DNA of 64,000 nucleotides, taken from positions 198,276,001 through 198,340,000 of the forward strand of contig NC_042998.1 of the NCBI RefSeq assembly GCF_006345805.1. Reading direction: 5' to 3'. The position numbers were made by a program, and so were the translations under genes. The notes beneath the pieces were generated by a model. The model saw nothing but the letters and a program-made list of their open reading frames with translations. It was not told where the DNA came from and made no database searches. Shown here piece by piece: positions 12,800 through 26,168 of the stretch. Each line of letters starts with the position of its first letter. Position 1 is the stretch's first letter. The DNA comes from Octopus sinensis. Lineage: Eukaryota.

Positions 12800-12990
12800 C
12801 GTTGGCGATTTTTTTCCCTCCATCTTCCTTTTCTCTTGGACTCTCCTCTATCTCCTGTTTCCGAAGAAGAGCTTTGCTCAAAACATAAAACCACCTTTCT
12901 TTCCTTCCTTGAGTATCTGCTAATACTTTGCATGTACCATGTCCTCGTGTTGTTTTTTCCATGTTTTTTCTTCGTTTTTTGGGGATTAAT
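12800..12990 (+). mobile_element. Penelope-like terminal repeat, same family as 17480-17650, hammerhead decayed
   Basis: High similarity to 17480-17650; GAAACGT is mutated to AAAACAT. Confidence 0.5.
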
Positions 12991-13055
<65 letters not shown>

Positions 13056-13109
13056 TGTGTGTGTGTGTGTGTGTGGAGGCGCAATGGCCCAGTGGTTAGG
13101 GCAGCGGAC

Positions 13110-13290
13110 TGAAGTGTCTGAACCAGTTTTGTACTACATGTTCTTTGATATTTCCTAGGTCTTCTACACTATTTACTTCTTTTGCTGCTGCCATTGCCTT
13201 AAAAACAAACCAGAGGCAGAGAGGTCTGTTATGGAAGGTGAGGTGTTGCTTGAAATGGGTGAACAACCAGGCACAAGCAGTTGTGCATTG
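13110..13290 (-). mobile_element. Degenerate mariner HTH fragment
   Basis: AAAKEVNSVEDLGNIKEHVVQNWFRHF resembles mariner ...VQKWFRRF. Confidence 0.5.
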
Positions 13291-13449
13291 GCATACAATC
13301 AGCACTATCAATCAGCAAACCCCATAAGCTAGATAAACCTTATGATAAAGATCCTTCCCAAGTCATATATATATAGAAAGAGAAAGATTAGGGTGAATGA
13401 ACCAAGAATGTGAGATAAGAAGTGTGTGTGTGTGTGTGTGTGTGCGTGC

Positions 13450-13497
<48 letters not shown>

Positions 13498-13739
13498 GTG
13501 CGAGCGCGCATGTGTGTGTGTGCGTGTGTATCCCCCACAGATGCTAAATTTCATTTTGTTATCACTTGCAATATGTCAGTGCCACACCAGATATAGGGAA
13601 ATACTGTTTCAGCACTAGTTACACCTGAGGTTTAAATTAAAACTGTATTACCTTCAGAAACTGGTAGTACCATTTCAGCTCAAAATCCATCTTCAGATTA
13701 AATGCTTTATTTGTAGATACACCTGGGATTTAATTAAAA

Positions 13740-14473
13740 CTAGCAGAGACACCAGATGTCGCTAGGGATTTAAATGGCATAGTTTGTGTATGCGGTACAG
13801 TTAAGTTGAAGCGTGCGATACAGGGAAGTACAGCTTGGACGACAAAACATTTGTAGAGTAAATGAGGGGCTAATTCGACTAAGCGATATGTCATGCGTCT
13901 GTTTGGAAGATTCCGGGCCCTAATCTTATTTCTTTATTGCCCACAAGAAGCTAAACAAAGAGGGGACAAACAAGGACAGACAAAGGGACTAAGACGATTA
14001 CATCGACCCCAGTGCGTAACTGGTACTTAATTCCGCCGAGGTCGACTTTGCCTTTCATCCTTTCGGGGTCGATAAATTAAGTACCAGTTACGCACTGGGT
14101 CGATGTAATCGACTTAATCCGTTTGTCTGTCTTTGTCTGTCCCCTCTATTTTTTAGCCCCCTGTGGACAATAAAGAAATAAATATATATACAGGTAGAGA
14201 AATTAACTTAAGTACGTCATCAAGAGTCATGTCCCTTGAACCAACGAAACAACCATGTTATGCGATCGTTCGTATTGTTTACCCAGGAAAATGGGGGGGT
14301 TTGCCCCCAGAGGCCCCATTACTCATTATGTGAAAAAATTTAAGAGTCTAAAACCATCTCTGGAACATAAGTAATGTATGTTCCTAGTTTGGAGAAAATC
14401 AGTCGCGAACTTCAAAATTTATGCGGGTTTACACATACACACACACACACATCCTCATTTATATTTGTATAGA
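13740..14473 (-). mobile_element. Older non-autonomous Helitron interrupted by a fold-back SINE
   Basis: 5' TCTATACAAATATAAATGAGG, degenerate 3' hairpin and CTAG; SINE insertion at ~13927-14180. Confidence 0.55.
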
Positions 14474-15741
14474 TAATATCACCCTAAGACTATTAGGTTG
14501 ACCTTAGTAATGAAATACAATAGCGAATTCTCTAACTTTGAGTTATTTTGGTGGAAATCCCTGTTGTTGTTTTATTAAATTGATAACAAGTTGAAAATGC
14601 ATTTCAAAATACTAAAATAGAAAACTAGAAAAAACTAGAAAAATATATATGAAAATAAAACAAAATATTTTTTGATATTTGTTTTTCCATTTTAGCTTTT
14701 TTAATTAATATTTTCTGATAGAGAATTAAACATTTGTTTAGAAGATAAAAATTATCAATAAATATGCGCGCGCGCGTGTGTGCTCGTGTGTGTGTGTATG
14801 TGTATGTTTGTGTGCGTGTGTGTGTGTGTGGTGTGTGTGTATGTGTGTGTGTGTGTGTGTTACAATTTTTTCCTTTAAAACTGTTTGTGATGTTTTAATG
14901 ATATTTACAATATTTTTAAATTTGTATAAAACAAAGAAATATTTTGTTTTTTTTTAAGAAATGATAACGTTTTGCTATCATTTGTTAAAGCCGTTATGAG
15001 AAAGGAATGGTTCCATTTTACTAGGAATGGTACGGGTTTCCATTAAGACTCTGGGTTCTAAATTGTTGCATTCAGAGAAACCAGAATGGCAAAAGCAAAC
15101 ATTAATATAAAAAATAAAAACTGCGTAAAAGCCATAGCTCGGAAGTTCATATTCAATATATTAATATTGAAATGTACTAAAATTGCCATTTAAGACGAAA
15201 ATGATATTGTTACACTGAAGAACTTTGTTAGACTAACACCTCCTCAAATGTCCCAAATTGCTGATGCATCTTGACATAAATACATTGAGACAACACTAAA
15301 ACGATATTGAAGACGATTCCAAGAAATGCCTTCAACTAGATTGCGTTTTTACCACCGATATAAAAAGGAACAAAATTTTTAATGGGTTTTTATCGATCCT
15401 ACTCGGCAATCTCGCCCACAAAAATTATGTTCTGACACTTCATAAAATTGACTTTATTTTCATTATAAAAACAATGTCGATATATATATATTATATATAC
15501 GTTTTTACTTTTGGTAATATTTTTTGATTTCCCTTGTGTAATTTTAAATTTAGTTCCTACATCTTCTTTACTATAAATAAAAGTGAAAAGCAAGCAAACA
15601 TTTATTTAGTAATGTAAATGCAATTATTGAAGTTCATCAGAGGTCGCATTTTGTAGACTTACAGTTAATGTCTAATGTCATATATATATGTGTGTGTGTG
15701 TGTTATATATGTATAACACATACATATGTATGTACGTATGC

Positions 15742-15795
<54 letters not shown>

Positions 15796-16246
15796 TTTAA
15801 CTTGTTTCAGTCATTCGACTGCGGCCATGCTGGAGCACCGCCTTTGTCGAACAAATCGACCCCAGGACTTATTCTTTGTGAGCCTAGTACTTATTCTATC
15901 GATCTCTTTTGCCGAACCGCTAAGTTACGGGAACGTAAACATAACAGCACCGTTGGCAAGCGATAGTGGGGGACAGACACAGACATACAAATACACACAC
16001 ATACAAACACACGCACAAAAAAACTTCATACACGCGTCTATATAAGCACATGCACAAGAAATATTCCCTCACTATCGCTTGACAACCGATGTTGGTGTGT
16101 TTACGTCCCCGTAATTTAGAGGTTCGGCAAAGAGACCGATAGAATAACTACTAGACTTACAAAGAATAAATCCTGGAGTCGATTTGCTCGACTAAAGGCA
16201 GAGCTCCAGTATGGCCGCAGTCAAATGACTGAAACAAGTAAAAGAA

Positions 16247-16504
16247 TGTATGTATGTACGTACGTATGTATGTATGTATGTATGTATGTATGTATGTATG
16301 TATGTATGTATGTATGTATGTATGTGTGTATGTATGTATGTATGTATGTATGTATGTATGTGTGTATGTATGTATGTATGTGTGTATGTATGCGTGTATG
16401 TATGCATGTATGTATGTATGTATGTATGTATGTGTGTATGTATGCGTGTATGTATGCATGTATGTATGTATGTATGTATGTATGTGTGTATGTATGTACG
16501 TATG

Positions 16505-16535
<31 letters not shown>

Positions 16536-16600
16536 TGTATGTATGTATGTATGTATGTATGTATGTATGTATGTATGTACGTACGTATGTATGTATGTAT
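16247..16600. repeat. (TATG)n microsatellite; similar tracts at 17805-18190, 37900-38420, 43065-43150, 2300-2420
   Basis: Direct reading. Confidence 0.95.
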
Positions 16601-17269
16601 TAACTGCAAAAGCAGAAATTTGATCTAATTCATTAAATGTCCGAATTGTGTGGAATCAGGTGAGACAGGGAATGCATTATCGGAACGGCCACGAGTCTAC
16701 AAACAAGACATCCGGAACTTCGGATTTCGCCAAATTCCATTGAGCGAGCATACAGAGACATGTGGTCAGAAATTGTTTCTAATTTTTCCTTTCCACAAAC
16801 CGCGTGACACAATTGAGGTTGGAAGAAAGATAAAAGGAAAAAACATTTTATCAAAATGTTCAAACCTGTTTAGAACAGAAATAACAGCAATAATATAACA
16901 ACCAGTTAATGATGTGGATTAAAAAATATCTCTAGCATAAAAATACAAACAAGCAACAGATTATCGGTACGCCTGGCAAACCGCGATGTTTAATATGCAT
17001 GCGGATTGGTCAAAAAGATATTCTAAAAAAATCAGCTTGTGGGGGCGATTTAAGAGGTCCTAAAGTTGTCAAGAACTCAACTGTCAGCTAAACACATTTG
17101 AAATCTGATGATTACACTATGTATGCAAACGCTAATTTAACTTTATGAAGATTACAAAATATTTTTTTTAATGTTAAAATATCATAATAAAAAACGTGAA
17201 GACCAGATCATGTTTTGACTTTATTCAACTTATATATTATATATATGATTCACAATTAAGGTGCAGAAA

Positions 17270-17650
17270 TGACCTATTCCGAATGAACAAAGTAATGTAA
17301 TCCGATGGAAGAAAGAATTCTGCGAATTAGGTACCCCAAAGTCAGTTGGTAGGTCGGTGGTCCATGTGAGTGTGCGGTAAATAGTAAATCCTAAAAAAAA
17401 CACAAAAAGCAACAGCACGAGGACGCGGTACATGTAAAGTATTAGCAGACACTCAGGGAAGGAAAGAAAGGCGACTTTTTTTCCTCCGTCTTCCTTTTCT
17501 ATTGGATTTTCCATTGTCTCCTGTTTCCGAAGAAGAGCGTCTGCTCGAAACGTAAAACCATCTTTCTTTCTTTCCCCGAGCGTCTGCTAATACTTTACAT
17601 GTATCACGTCGTTGAGTTGTTGTTTTTTTTGTGTTTGTTCTTCGTTTTTT
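17270..17650. mobile_element. Penelope-like terminal repeat with partial inverted copy
   Basis: 17390-17472 is the reverse complement of ~17556-17650. A related copy lies at 12800-12990. Confidence 0.5.
17523..17558 (+). ncRNA. Minimal hammerhead-like motif, CCGAAGA core variant
   Basis: Stem I GTTT/AAAC; CCGAAGA-A; stem II GAGC-GTCT-GCTC; GAAA; ACGT palindrome; H17 = A. Confidence 0.5.
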
Positions 17651-17669
17651 TTTTAATATTTAATATGTG

Positions 17670-17701
<32 letters not shown>

Positions 17702-17706
17702 TGCGC

Positions 17707-17738
<32 letters not shown>

Positions 17739-17894
17739 ATCTAGTTGAAGTAACAGAGTGACTCAAGATCCGAGAGTTTCGTGCGTTGGCACATATGTAT
17801 TCATTCACATACATACATACATACATACATAGTGTATACATACATACATACATACATACATACATACATACATACATACATACACACGCATACA

Positions 17895-17928
<34 letters not shown>

Positions 17929-17978
17929 CATACATATATACATACATATATACATACATACATACATACATACATACA

Positions 17979-18010
<32 letters not shown>

Positions 18011-18546
18011 CATACATACACACACACATACATACACACACGCACACATACATACATACACACACACATACATACATACATGCATACATACATACATACA
18101 CACATACACACATACATACATACACACACATACATACATACATACATACATACATACATACATACATACATACATACATGCATACGTAGTGTATACATGC
18201 ATTCATGTACGCCTGTATGCACATTATCATATTTGCATACGTCTATCTGTGTGCGTGGGTGATAGGAATTGACTCCCATAAACATAAAAATAATTCAAAG
18301 TTCTGAAATACCATTAGTACACCCTTGTGCATATAAACCAAAGACCAAGCAAGAATTATCATTTTCAGCTGCAGTACATAGATAATAGAATCAAACTTCA
18401 AATGATACATTGATATTTTTATCTTCAATGTTTAAAGTTAAGCCGCTTTAGCACTAAATCTGTCGGTAAACGGAAGAGTTACATATTTCCCCCCATTGTC
18501 ACAATTCTTATAATGACACACATACATACAGTCATATATCTCTATA

Positions 18547-18933
18547 CTAACAGTATAGCACGGCGTTGCTCGAGTTTTTCTTTTCGACCCTTTAGAATTG
18601 GAATTTTTGAAAAGTAGCTTATGTAGCTTGTTATTCTCTTTAAGTGAACATTTTTCTGGTTGAAATACACCGAAAAATGGTGACACAGCAGTCAAAAAAT
18701 CGTAAAAAATAGGGATTTTCATTGAAAAAAAAAAGCACCTTTTTGATGTAAATAATTTTTGGTGTTAACATGGTCCGATTTGAATCTTTTCTTCTACGAA
18801 ATGAAGAGCAAGCCTTCTTCTATCATACTCTCAACTTTGGTCAACTTGCGCCGCAGGGTCTCGGAGGAGATAGTGTTAGTTGAAGGCTACCAAACCTGCC
18901 ATTCATGAACAACTTCAGCTTTATATATAAAGA
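18547..18933 (-). mobile_element. Non-autonomous Helitron, family 2
   Basis: Internal sequence shared with 28642-29033 and 43256-43617; 5' TCTTTATATATAAAGC; degenerate 3' end. Confidence 0.75.
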
Positions 18934-19367
18934 TAATAATAGACGATGCAAATGTTTGTTGGCTGGCTGGTTGGTTGATATCTCCTGTTACGCTTAATGT
19001 CGTAGAGAGAAATAGGTGAAAGAGACTAAGAATGCTAACATAAGAGATGTAAGATTAGTGAACATACAACACTTGGTAACAAGCATTGAGCAAATAAATA
19101 CCACACACACACACGCGGAGTGAGAGAGAAAGAATCACAGAGACAACAGAGTTGGAGGGAGGGGATCAAATTACTAGTAGTAATGACTAGTAGTTATGGG
19201 TGAAATTATACAAATGAAAAATTTGTTTTATTTAAGATAAATAAATAATCATTTTATTATTTTCTATTAGACCCAAGACATTTGATAAAAGTTAAATTAC
19301 AAACTATTGTACATATGCAATTAACAAAAATATACTTGCAAATTTCCCCATCATATGATGAGTAATT

Positions 19368-19434
<67 letters not shown>

Positions 19435-19500
19435 GGATGGATGGATAGATAGATAGATAGATAGATAGATAACATAGATAGATAGATATATAACATAGAC

Positions 19501-19541
<41 letters not shown>

Positions 19542-21036
19542 CACATACACACGCAGACAGATACGCGTGTGCACTTGTGCGTGTGTGTGTATGCATTATG
19601 TATGTATATATATATATATAGAGAGAGAGGGGGAAGGAGGAAGAGAGAGAGATTAAAAAGTTACAGAGTATGATGACAAAGGAACGCACGGAAAATTCAC
19701 TCACAAGGCGTGGACATGCTCATTTCTTATAAGTTATCGTCCAAAATTACAACAATTTCGCGCCTTTAACGTTAAGATTATTCTTTTCGTTGGCGTCAAC
19801 AGCAAAGCGCAGCTGGGAATAAGTGAGCGACTGTAAAGGATGGTGACGCAAGCGAACAAACGGCACAGGCGGTTGGCGCATACGCATAAAAGGCCTTACG
19901 TCTATGAGATACCATTAAGACAAGATATGTGTGTATATACTCTTTTAATTGTTTCAGTCATTTGACTGCGGCCATGCTGGAGCACCGCCTTTAGTCGATC
20001 AAATCGACCCCAGGACTTATTCTTTATAAGCCTAGTACTTATTCTATCGGTCTCTTTTGCAGAACTGCTAAGTTACAGGGACATAAACACACCAGCATCG
20101 GTTGTCAAGCGATGTTGGGGGGACAAACATAGGTACACAAACATATACACACACATTCATATATATACGACGGGCTTCTTTCAGTTTCCGCCTACCAAAT
20201 CCACTCACAAGGCTTTGGTCGGCCCGAGGCTATAGTAAAAGGCACTTGCCCTAGTAAAAGGCACTAGTAAAAGGCTATAGTAAAAGGCCCTAGTAAAAGG
20301 CTATAGTAAAAGGCACTTACCACACGCCTAATTAAATAGAGTATTTTAACCCTATGATAATACAACAAGGCAAGTGTCATATGCGTAAGATTAAACTATG
20401 ATACGATGTATGTGAATGACAAAGGTAGAATATACAGATCTCGGTAAAACAGCGGCAGAAAGATTTAGACATAATATAGTCAGTTGTTAAAAATACAAGG
20501 GCGTTCTTCCTGATCAACTGCGATCGATTTCGACAAAATCTTTAGATATGCATCAACTATTTTATGGGACAACTTAACGGCTTCGAGCAGTTAATCTTCT
20601 CACCTTTTTACTCTCATTTATATAGACAAGCATCTAACCCACACTTCAAAATGGAGTCTGTCGCAAACATATTTCATATTTTTCCCTTTTCATCTTGGCG
20701 AAGGCATTTTAACATTTGTCAAGTTACCGCCAACATGGTAACCTCTCGACTTGGAATATCATATAACAAACGGATTTTATTTTATCTTATGTGACAATAA
20801 TCACTGAGCTTTCTACTCTTATTATTTTTTTTTCCCCTTTTCGCAGATTATAGATTGCTATCGAAATAAAACAGTCAGAAACAGTGATAGGAACAGTCAC
20901 TGTGACAGAAAGAAAGATAAAAAGGAAAATAAAAACGGGATTGGTGGTATTTCGTTGGAACCATGAAATGAGTTGTTCAGTGCATCCAGCGACATTATGG
21001 AATATAAATGCATTCGTGCATGTGCGTGTGCGTGTG

Positions 21037-21076
<40 letters not shown>

Positions 21077-21079
21077 TAT

Positions 21080-21112
<33 letters not shown>

Positions 21113-21463
21113 ATATATATATATATATATGAATATTAATATATATATATATATAATATATGAATATTATATATAATATATATATATATATATATGAATA
21201 TCAATATATATATATATATATTATAATATATGTATATGTATATATATTCTTTTACTATTTTACTTGTTTCAGTCATTTGACTGCGTTCCATGTTAGAGCA
21301 CACCGCCTTTAGTCGAACAAATCGACTCCAGGACATATTCTTTGTAAGCCTGGTACATATTCTATCGGTCACTTTTGCCTAACTGCTAAGTTATGGGGAC
21401 ATAAACACACCAGCATCGGTTGTCAAGCGATGGTGGAAGACAAACACAGACACACACACACAG

Positions 21464-21513
<50 letters not shown>

Positions 21514-21736
21514 ATATATACGACAGGCTTCTTTCAGTTTCCGTCTACCAAATCCACTCACAAGGCCTTAGTCAACCCGAGGTTATAGTAGAAGACTCTT
21601 GCCCAAGGTCGCACACAATGGGACTGAACCCAGAACCATGTGGTTGGGAAGCAAGTTTCTTACCACAGAGTCACTCTTGCGCCTATGGCCGCTCCTGCAC
21701 CTATGGCCGCTCCTGCGCCTATAGTCACTTCTGCGC

Positions 21737-21781
<45 letters not shown>

Positions 21782-23031
21782 TAAGCAAAGCAAAAAATTT
21801 AAATGACACTGGGATATTTTGCACATACACCATAGCAAGTCAGGGAATTAGAGACTACAGAACTATCAAAAGACCAGTGCTGCATAAATGTTGGGGGAGA
21901 TTCTTCGATCGGTTTCACAAAGAGCTGTTTGAATATCTAATACCTATTTCTTTATTACTCAGAAGGGGCTAAACACAGAGGGGACAAACAAGGACAGAAA
22001 TAGTTATTAAGTCGATTATATCGACCCCAATGCGTAACTGGTACTTATTTAATCGACCTCGAAAGGATGAAAGGCAAAGTCGACCTCGGCGGAATTTGAA
22101 CTCACAACGTAACGATAGACGAAATACGGCTACGCATTTCGCCCGGCGTGCTCACGTTTCTGCCAGCTTGCCACCACCAACTCGTCATAATTCAGAGCGA
22201 AGTAATTGTACCTGTAAGTTATGTCAGTTGAGAAAAAAAACATTGCAAATGTCCCGCAAATAATATTATTGACCACCAAATAAATTCTGTCCTTGGAGAG
22301 AAATTGCTAGAAACGTGGAAAATGATCAAAACAAAATGATTACAATAGCGCAGAGACAGGACTGCCGCCATTACATGGACAAGCTAACGAATATATAGAA
22401 ATCGGTGATGAATACGAACAGCTCAAAGCATCGCTCGCAGCTAGATTTAAGCAGAAGTTCTCTGTTTACATCGACAAACAACTGAATAAAAGAATGATTA
22501 CGACTCGAGGAGATAGCAAACCTGCTGAAGTTGCTAGACAATGCCTAGCACAAATTGAAGTTCTCGGTGCTACGGCAAGAAACGTCCAACAGTGTTTTAT
22601 TTCAATTGCGATTCACCAACAGATGGTGGTGACAGAGATCGATCAAAATGATAACACACGTTAAAAGTGGATTTCTTCTCTTCCGAAATAAAATATCATT
22701 ATGCTCAAGAAAAACACCGGATAATTGGATACTATCATCTGATGCAAAGTGAATAATGAATTGACGAACCGCTATCTACTTCATGACAGACGAACAAAAC
22801 CCTACGGTAACTACTGATAACAGACATAGTTAAACACGGACTACGGGTAGTGTGTCAAAAGCTTGGTTATCGTAATAAATTACAATATATTTGCATTTAA
22901 CCCACAAATTGTAGATTGCAGCATGAAAGGTACTAACTTCAAGACTATACATGCTGCAACTCTACAGGATGATTTAGAGTCAAACTGGCAGATGGAGCGA
23001 GTTTAGAACGTAAATAAGCAGCAACACCCGT

Positions 23032-23395
23032 GGAGGCATAATGGTACAATGGTTAGGGCAACGGACTCGCGGTCGGAGGATCGCGGTTTCGATTCCCAGA
23101 CCGGGCGTTGTGTGTGTTTATTGAGCGAAAACACCTAAAGCTCCACGATGTTCCGGCAGGGGGTGGTAGCGACCCCTGTTGTACTCTTTCGCCCCAACTT
23201 TCTCTCACTCTTTCTTCCTGTTTCTTGTCCCCGACTTCCTACGCAACCACTGAGCCTGGATGCGCATTCAGCCATCCGCCGATGCTCTCGGTGTCGGGGG
23301 TTGACATGCTTTCTCTTCTGCGGGTCTTACGAATAGCAAAGGATCACGTTTCGGACTTCTCCCACTAGGACAAAGACCGCTACGCTCAGCAACAA
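23032..23395 (+). mobile_element. tRNA-derived SINE family D, tail type 1 (second copy 57663-58030; head only at 13075-13108)
   Basis: A box-like tggtacaatggtt / tggcccagtggtt and B box-like gtttcgattccc; two near-identical full copies. Confidence 0.85.
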
Positions 23396-24494
23396 CCATG
23401 ATGCAGCATAGTTAGATGAACTACAGAGTAAATGCTGTGCAAATGTTTCTGCTAAAATATGATATCTCGAGAGAAAATGACCAGACACTTGTTGCCAAAT
23501 ATTGAAGAGATTGTCGTCTATTTGTATAAGAAGCTCCTGTTCTTCAGGTAAGTTCTCAACTTGTTAAAAAGAATAATGGACTCTAAACTGGACGTGCTGA
23601 TGGACTGGTAGTTGCTCAAACAACATTCATACCTAAAAGCAACGCACATCATAGATAGTATAAAATACTACAAGCCCATAGTTTGCTTAAATGATTCTAT
23701 GATGCCTATCATGTTGCCTGAAACTGTTTCACCAAAATCACTACGAAACAAACGATATAATTCTTTCTAATCTTAGAAAAGTGTATGTCGATTATACCCA
23801 CCGCAATGTTCAACTGTTATTTATTTTATCGACCCGAAAGGATGAAAAGCAAAGCTGATCTCAGCAGAATTTGAACTCAGAACGTAAAGAGCCCAACATC
23901 CCAACGATTCTGGCAACACACCACCTTGACGGAACAAACGATATATAATTCTTTATTGCCCACAAGGGGCTAAACACAGAGAGGACAAACAAGGACAAAC
24001 AAAGAGATTAAGTCAATTACATCGACCCCAGTGCGTAACTGGTACTTTATTTATCGACCCCGAAGGACGTTGACTTCGAAGAAATATAACACATGGCCTC
24101 GATGCAGAAACAGATATAGTTATAGCGGTAAGATCACTCGTCATTATTACTCACTTTTGCGAATGTCGCTGATCCCGATCAGGTTGGTTGAAGCCAAGAT
24201 TCTATGGTTTTATTTTTGAGCTGGCAGAATCATTAGCACTCTGGACAAAATGCTTTGCAGCATTTTTTTCCCGGCTTTTTGTTCTGAGTTCAAATTCCGC
24301 TGAGGTCGACTTTGCTTTTCATTCTTTTGGGGTCAATTAAAATAAAGTATCAGTCAAGTACTGGAGCCAATATAATCGATTATCCGCCCGTCAAAATTTC
24401 AGACCTTGTGCCTTTTATTAGAAAGTATCTTTAATATATAAGAGCATTGTTTATGCATCGCGCCTATTTGAACGCTAGCAGAAATACACAAATA

Positions 24495-25005
24495 CCGTAA
24501 ATCCTCGTGTATAATCCGCATTTTTCCCCAAAATTTAAAGGTCAAAATCCCTAGTGCGTACTATATACGAGGTTAAAAAAGAAAATTATTTTCTAAGCAA
24601 TGTCTGAGTCTCTATTTGCTGTCCGGCAATGTTTATTCAGACGCATTTTGTGATGTCGGGCGCGAAAATACCTTAAGCTAAGCCTGAAAGCAATGAAGTC
24701 ATAAAAGAATCGTCCATAACTTGCAGTAAGCAACATTTATTAAACCTTATTACTGTTATTTCTTTATTTTCTGCAAACAAAATACACAAAAAAGCTACAC
24801 GTTTGCATTATGTTATATATACAATAATAATAAATGACGTTACCGTATACAGTTTTACAAACCAAGGACGTTATATAGACCTCCTTGACTCAAGTTAGAG
24901 AAGGGGTGCGTATTATACACTAGGTTTAGGTTTTTCAGAGGTACAGCCCCCTAAAAGTCCCCTGCGTATTATACTCAAGGGCGGACTATACTCGAGGAAT
25001 TACGG
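24495..25005. mobile_element. Tc1/mariner-superfamily (Tc2/pogo-like) MITE, 511 bp
   Basis: TIRs CCGTAAATCCTCGTGTATAATCCGC and GCGGACTATACTCGAGGAATTACGG, with TA flanking both ends. Confidence 0.75.
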
Positions 25006-25045
25006 TACATGCATGCATGCATGCATACATGCATACATACATACA

Positions 25046-25076
<31 letters not shown>

Positions 25077-25796
25077 CGGAAAGAAAACCCTGAGGCCAAA
25101 GAAATAAGAACCCACAGCATGGTAGAAGCCATAGCCACTCATAATAAAAAGGAGTATTGGTGGAACGTCTCAGTCAAAATCTCAATAGAACGTAGAAACA
25201 ATATACCTGACATTGTGATTGCGGATGGAGAAGAGAAACTACAACTGTGGAAATAAGCTACCCAGCGGATGTTTATATAAAGCTGAAGATCAATGGAAAA
25301 GAAAATACTACTCTCTGAACTACTGAGGACTCTACAGTTACTCTATCCAGATTACAAGTTCAGGTCTATACTTCTAATTATTGGGGCCCTGGGATATGTA
25401 ACACGCTGCCTAAATACGTCTATCCTTTTATAAGATGATAATAAATTCCCATACACCAAACTGTGATAATGTGAATGTGTTATCAGAAACTAGCAAATAA
25501 ATTTACCCAGATTTGTGATTTAGAAAAACACCAGAAAATGCACACACACACACACACACGTGTACGTTTATATACACAAAGCAATTGTTGTTTTGAGGCT
25601 GATAATAGGGGCAAATGTCACTAAAATGTCGATAAATTAGACTTAAAAGATGTTTATCGAGAAGATTTCGATAACAGAAAACAGAATAAATAAACTGAAG
25701 AAACAGCCTGGAATACAGATACAAAATGATTAATGTTTGGTCACACACACATGCAGACACTACTTTGATCATCGCCACCAAAAACACTGTTTCCAC

Positions 25797-26168
25797 TCAG
25801 TTCAGACAAACAAAATTAACACGTACATACAGAAGTAGCACCGGCTTCAGTCGACTCACTGGCTTCAAATACTGAGCAGAAACGCACGCAATCAACACTA
25901 AGTGGAGATATGTAGCTACTGTCACGCTTTCGCTGAATCCATCTTGCCCTTTTCTGCTGTTGTTGCTACCACCAGAATCCACAGGTGTATAGGAACAGAG
26001 TGGACAATGGAAATAGTGCAACGTGTCCAAATTATCACACTGCAACCCATATGGTTCATCACTGCATGTCAAACGTTCAGTATGGCCCTCAACCAGACAG
26101 TGAGCTGGTGAGCTGGTATAACTAGGAAGACGGATCTGTGTGTCACATTTTGTCGTTCGGCCGACTAC
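25797..26168 (-). CDS. Putative coding exon 3 (possibly terminal): VVGRTTKCDTQIRLPSYTSSPAHCLVEGHTERLTCSDEPYGLQCDNLDTLHYFHCPLCSYTPVDSGGSNNSRKGQDGFSESVTVATYLHLVLIACVSAQYLKPVSRLKPVLLLYVRVNFVCLN*
   Basis: 124-codon open frame in unique DNA (extends track ORF 25797..26072). Begins at a phase-0 tag|GTA acceptor with a weak pyrimidine tract. Six Cys before a Gly/Ser linker and hydrophobic tail. An internal donor CCA|GTGAGT at 25860/25859 could instead continue the gene. Confidence 0.42.
   Translation of the reverse strand, partial: VVGRTTKCDTQIRLPSYTSSPAHCLVEGHTERLTCSDEPYGLQCDNLDTLHYFHCPLCSYTPVDSGGSNNSRKGQDGFSESVTVATYLHLVLIACVSAQYLKPVSRLKPVLLLYVRVNFVCLN

Larger units (their letters stand above)
22290..25470 (+). 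mobile_element. Shattered old R4/Dong-clade element with several nested insertions
   Basis: DW.VAQTTFIPK...YKPIVCLN (RT, ~23600-23700); EYWWNVSVK...NNIPDIVI...EISYP...IIGALG (RLE, ~25080-25420); probable N-terminal remnant at ~22290-22900. Confidence 0.55.

Noticed and set aside
13653-13723. Possible 71-nt minus-strand exon (VSTNKAFNLKMDFELKWYYQFLK)
   Set aside because: Weak acceptor, bracketed by a 24-bp local repeat next to a Helitron end, and no phase-compatible partner exon was identified.
20760-20910. Strong pyrimidine-tract acceptors on both strands
   Set aside because: All frames hit stops within about 40 codons and there is no clear donor.
23032-23105. tRNA-like sequence
   Set aside because: SINE head with A and B boxes but no complete cloverleaf; not a tRNA gene.
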